Positions 58,516-64,000 of a DNA stretch of 64,000 nt are shown in pieces. Source of the DNA: Tubiluchus corallicola (Eukaryota > Animalia > Priapulida); contig JAQGDQ010000666.1 of assembly GCA_030141605.1 (NCBI GenBank), positions 52,244 to 116,243 of the forward strand, written 5' to 3'. A program made the translations under genes and the position numbers. Below the pieces are notes generated by a model. The model did no database searches. It was not told where the DNA came from and was given only the letters and a program-made list of their open reading frames with translations. Position 1 is the first letter of the stretch, and every line of letters begins with the position of its first letter.

Positions 58516-61102
58516 GCATGTGTCAACTACAACCGTTTCGTTCGTCTGCACTTTATTCTAACAAAGTAATCTGCATGTGTCATGAACTAACTACAACCGT
58601 TACGTTCGTCTACAGTTTATTCTAGCAAAGTAATTTGCATGTGTCATGAACTAACTACAACCGTTACGTTCGTCTGCACTTTATTCTAACAAAGTAATCT
58701 GCATGTGTCATGAACTAACTACAACCGTTACGTTCGTCTACAGTTTAATCTAACAAAGTAATCTGCATGTGTCATGAACTAACTACAACCGTTACGTTCG
58801 TCTACAGTTTATTCTAGCAAAGTAATTTGCATGTGTCATGAACTAACTACAACCGTTACGTTCGTCTACAGTTTAATCTAACAAAGTAATCTGCATGTGT
58901 CATGAACTAACTACAACCGTTACGTTCGTCTGCACTTTATTCTAACAAAGTAATCTGCATGTGTCATGAACTAACTACAACCGTTACGTTCGTCTACAGT
59001 TTAATCTAACAAAGTAATCTGCATGTGTCATGAACTAACTACAACCGTTTCGTTCGTCTACAGTTTATTCTAACAAAGTAATCTGCATGTGTCATGAACT
59101 AACTACAACCGTTACGTTCGTCTGCACTTTATTCTAACTAAGTAATCTGCATGTGTCATGAACTAACTACAACCGTTACGTTCGTCTACAGTTTATTCTA
59201 GCAAAGCAATCTGCATGTGTCATGAACTAACTACAACCGTTTCGTTCGTCTGCACTTTATTCTAACTAAGTAATCTGCATGTGTCATGAACTAACTACAA
59301 CCGTTACGTTCGTCTACAGTTTATTCTAGCAAAGCAATCTGCATGTGTCATGAACTAACTACAACCGTTACGTTCGTCTACAGTTTAATCTAGCAAAGTA
59401 ATCTGCATGTGTCATGAACTAACTACAACCGTTACGTTCGTCTACAGTTTAATCTAACAAAGTAATCTGCATGTGTCATGAACTAACTACAACCGTTTCG
59501 TTCGTCTACAGTTTATTCTAGCAAAGTAATTTGCATGTGTCATGAACTAACTACAACCGTTACGTTCGTCTACAGTTTAATCTAACAAAGTAATCTGCAT
59601 GTGTCATGAACTAACTACAACCGTTACGTTCGTCTACAGTTTATTCTAGCAAAGTAATTTGCATGTGTCATGAACTAACTACAACCGTTACGTTCGTCTA
59701 CAGTTTAATCTAACAAAGTAATCTGCATGTGTCATGAACTAACTACAACCGTTACGTTCGTCTGCACTTTATTCTAACAAAGTAATCTGCATGTGTCATG
59801 AACTAACTACAACCGTTACGTTCGTCTGCACTTTATTCTAACAAAGTAATCTGCATGTGTCATGAACTAACTACAACCGTTACGTTCGTCTACAGTTTAA
59901 TCTAACAAAGTAATCTGCATGTGTCATGAACTAACTACAACCGTTTCGTTCGTCTACAGTTTATTCTAGCAAAGTAATCTGCATGTGTCATGAACTAACT
60001 ACAACCGTTACGTTCGTCTACAGTTTAATCTAACAAAGTAATCTGCATGTGTCATGAACTAACTACAACCGTTACGTTCGTCTGCACTTTATTCTAACAA
60101 AGTAATCTGCATGTGTCATGAACTAACTACAACCGTTACGTTCGTCTACGTTTATTCTAGCAAAGTAATCTGCATGTGTCATGAACTAACTACAACCGTT
60201 ACGTTCGTCTACAGTTTAATCTAACAAAGTAATCTGCATGTGTCATGAACTAACTACAACCGTTACGTTCGTCTGCACTTTATTCTAACAAAGTAATCTG
60301 CATGTGTCATGAACTAACTACAACCGTTACGTTCGTCTACAGTTTATTCTAACAAAGTAATCTGCATGTGTCATGAACTAACTACAACCGTTACGTTCGT
60401 CTACAGTTTAATCTAACAAAGTAATCTGCATGTGTCATGAACTAACTACAACCGTTACGTTCGTCTGCACTTTATTCTAGCAAAGTAATCTGCATGTGTC
60501 ATGAACTAACTACAACCGTTACGTTCGTCTACAGTTTATTCTAGCAAAGTAATTTGCATGTGTCATGAACTAACTACAACCGTTACGTTCGTCTGCACTT
60601 TATTCTAACAAAGTAATCTGCATGTGTCATGAACTAACTACAACCGTTTCGTTCGTCTACAGTTTATTCTAACAAAAAAATCTGCAATCTGCATGTGTCA
60701 TGAACTAACTACAACCGTTACGTTCGTCTACAGTTTATTCTAACAAAGTAATCTGCATGTGTCATGAACTAACTACAACCGTTACGTTCGTCTACAGTTT
60801 ATTCTAGCAAAGTAATCTGCATGTGTCATGAACTAACTACAACCGTTACGTTCGTCTACAGTTTATTCTAACAAAGTAATCTGCATGTGTCATGAACTAA
60901 CTACAACCGTTTCGTTCATCTACAGTTTATTCTAGCAAAGTAATCTGCATGTATCATGAACTAACTACAACCGTTACGTTCGTCTGCACTTTATTCTAAC
61001 AAAGTAATCTGCATGTGTCATGAACTAACTACAACCGTTACGTTCGTCTACAGTTTATTCTAGCAAAGTAATCTGCATGTGTCATGAACTAACTACAACC
61101 GT
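58516..61102. repeat. 64-bp minisatellite (~40 units)
   Basis: Unit CATGTGTCATGAACTAACTACAACCGTTACGTTCGTCTACAGTTTATTCTAACAAAGTAATCTG. Confidence 0.95.
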
Positions 61103-61730
61103 GATTCTTAGATCATGTGGGCAATGGAATAGGTGGGAGAGCTGTTACTGAATTAAACTTTGCCCCCACAATTATTAAGCCTGTTAGCTTTTTCAATCAA
61201 ATAATAAAAAATACAATCATTAACAAGTCACGAGAAATTATATTATAATATCTATACTAGCAGGTGCAATCACAGAACCAAATAACATAATTATTATCAA
61301 TACTGATTTAGATTTAATATTTTATTTCAAACTTCACAAAGTTCATATACACATCACAAATTAATACAAAATAATACAATAAATCATGACACACAACAAT
61401 AACACAAATAACAATTAACGACAAACTACGCCAATGACATCTAATTACAGAAGTAAAGTTTGCATCACTGTTTAAAATGTTCTTGCATATAAAATTTTCA
61501 CTCTTATTCAGCCTGACGTATAAACTGTATGCACATTTTCTGTGAATCACATCAAAATAAATAATATTAAGTCTAGTAGAAATATATCTAGCGCTCGTAT
61601 CATATGAAAAGTTAAACAGCTTCCGTGTTGATACATTATATACAATCTTAAGTTTGCTAAGATTGTAAGAATAAAAATGTCTCCAAGTGGACATACAAGA
61701 AAAAGTAGTGCAGTTAGCATTAAACAACTG

Positions 61731-62846
61731 AAATACCATTATACTAAAACACAGCGGAACAATTAGCCTGGCTAGCCACAGGTCTAGATGTTCAAGGTAG
61801 ACCTGTCTTACACAGCTTAAATACAGAAAACTAGAACACTATTAATGTAAAAGGTCATTCAGAAGCAAATAACATAATTATTATCAATACTAAAATACCA
61901 TTATACTAAAACACAGCGGAACAATTAGCCTGGCTAGCCACAGGTCTAGATGTTCAAGGTAGACCTGTCTTACACAGCTTAAATACAGAAAACTAGAACA
62001 CTATTAATGTAAAAGGTCATTCAGAAGCAAATAACATAATTATTATCAATACTAAAATACCATTATACTAAAACACAGCGGAACAATTAGCCTGGCTAGC
62101 CCACAGGTCTAGATGTTCAAGGTAGACCTGTCTTACACAGCTTAAATACAGAAAACTAGAACACTATTAATGTAAAAGGTCATTCAGAAGCAAATAACAT
62201 AATTATTATCAATACTAAAATACCATTATACTAAAACACAGCGGAACAATTAGCCTGGCTAGCCACAGGTCTAGATGTTCAAGGTAGACCTGTCTTACAC
62301 AGCTTAAATACAGAAAACTAGAACACTATTAATGTAAAAGGTCATTCAGAAGCAAATAACATAATTATTAACAATACTAAAATACCACTATACTAAAACA
62401 CAGCGGAACAATTAGCCTGGCTAGCCACAGGTCTAGATGTTCAAGGTAGACCTGTCTTACACAGCTTAAATACAGAAAACTAGAACACTATTAATGTAAA
62501 AGGTCATTCAGAAGCAAATAACATAATTATTATCAATACTAAAATACCACTATACTAAAACACAGCGGAACAATTAGCCTGGCTAGCCCACAGGTCTAAA
62601 TGTTCAAGGTAGACCTGTCTTACACAGCTTAAATACAGAAAACTAGAACACTATTAATGTAAAAGGTCATTCAGAAGCAAATAACATAATTATTAACAAT
62701 ACTAAAATACCACTATACTAAAACACAGCGGAACAATTAGCCTGGCTAGCCCACAGGTCTAAATGTTCAAGGTAGACCTGTCTTACACAGCTTAAATACA
62801 GAAAACTAGAACACTATTAATGTAAAAGGTCATTCAGAAGCAAATA
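61731..62846. repeat. 162-bp tandem array (~7 units) with an internal hairpin
   Basis: Unit contains ACAGGTCTA..TAGACCTGT inverted repeat. Confidence 0.92.
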
Positions 62847-62900
62847 AGTACAGTAAGATTAGAGGGAAATTTAAGCTATATCAATGCTGTAACAAGCCTA

Positions 62901-64000
62901 AAAAAGGGAGGGAATGAGATGAAGAAATGAGCAAGAAGACACAATGTAATATTTAAAAGTCAAGTTAATCAACTCGAAGTAATTAAGGCGAACTTCGCGA
63001 CAGTTCAGTCAGTCAACCTTGATAAATGAATCGCACAAATGCCCGCTCATTTAAAAACGAGTGGTGCAGGTTGATTCTGTAAAGACTCCATTGTTGAAAA
63101 ATTTGAAAATCTGCTCCGTAGAGTGACTACTTTTCTAGTTCCTCCTTTATCAGCTCTGCTGTGCGCGACATGCGCTAAATACAAGTCTAACAGTCTTTTA
63201 GATGTAAGTTATGATTTTTTATTGTCCAAAATGGGCAGTCATCATCTCATCCCAAAATCACTATCACATCATGACATATTTGACTGACTGACTGACTGAC
63301 TGACTGACTGACTGATTGACTGACATATTATGTGCGACTCGACTTCGTTTTTTCTGAAGCAAATAAAAACATTTTCTGCTAATCCAATGTCAAAAAGATA
63401 ATTAACTGCTATAATGAAAATGTATAATAATATTATGAAATATGAAGAAATCAAACTTACATCTTTGCCGCATCCTACTAACTTGCTAAAAAAACTCGAC
63501 TGACAAAATTTTGTCATAAAACGTCATGATGTACTATCATGATGTTTTGATAAACAAACACAAGGCGGCACCACGTGCTTATATCCAAAACATCTGCCTA
63601 TGCTCTTTTCTTTCTTTTCCGCAACAGATGGCAGTAAAGTAGATTTACGCGTAGGACATTTTTGTCTGTCGCTGAACTTTTTTTACAGTTTTGCAGTTTG
63701 CGGGAGGTTTTTGCAGCAGCAAATTGAAACAGTACAGGTCCAAATCAAAATCAAATCAAATCATTTATTCTTTTTCCCCACACACAACATCGATTAAAGC
63801 TTAGTAGCATAATTATAACAGCCAATCAAATGGGAAGGGGTGGCGAAGAACATGCGTTATCGTATCAGCAACTCCAACTCAGTTTTTTATAAATATTTTG
63901 CATGCAGTGCAGACGATAACCAATCAAAAATAATGAAATATTGAATTATCTACTTGTTTACGTCTATATAACATAAAAGAAAAACGCTAAAAACGAAATT
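62901..64000 (-). repeat. Right arm of the long inverted repeat (runs off the window)
   Basis: Reverse complement of 53972-55117. Confidence 0.95.

Overview
AT-rich, repeat-dense animal (invertebrate-like) genomic DNA. Genes read directly from the sequence: two intronless paralogous cadherin-like genes with almost no cytoplasmic tail (5173-7086 minus; 38350-40287 plus, nested antisense in a URB1 intron); an intronless RDH11-14-like short-chain dehydrogenase (11235-12236) preceded by ten extra tandem copies of its own start codon and signal anchor; a complete 6-exon DCTN3 gene (17021-24038) with a U12-type last intron; and the 3' part of URB1/NPA1 (ten minus-strand exons, 53633-26155). The most striking feature is that the next upstream URB1 exon (56291-56465) is intact and phase-compatible but lies on the OPPOSITE strand, inside a ~7.8 kb segment bounded by nearly identical inverted repeats of at least 1.1 kb (53972-55117 and 62901-64000). 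The rest is MITEs with readable TSDs, LINE and Tc1 fragments, microsatellites and many intron-specific tandem arrays. Gene identities rest on recalled similarity to known protein families; no database search was run.
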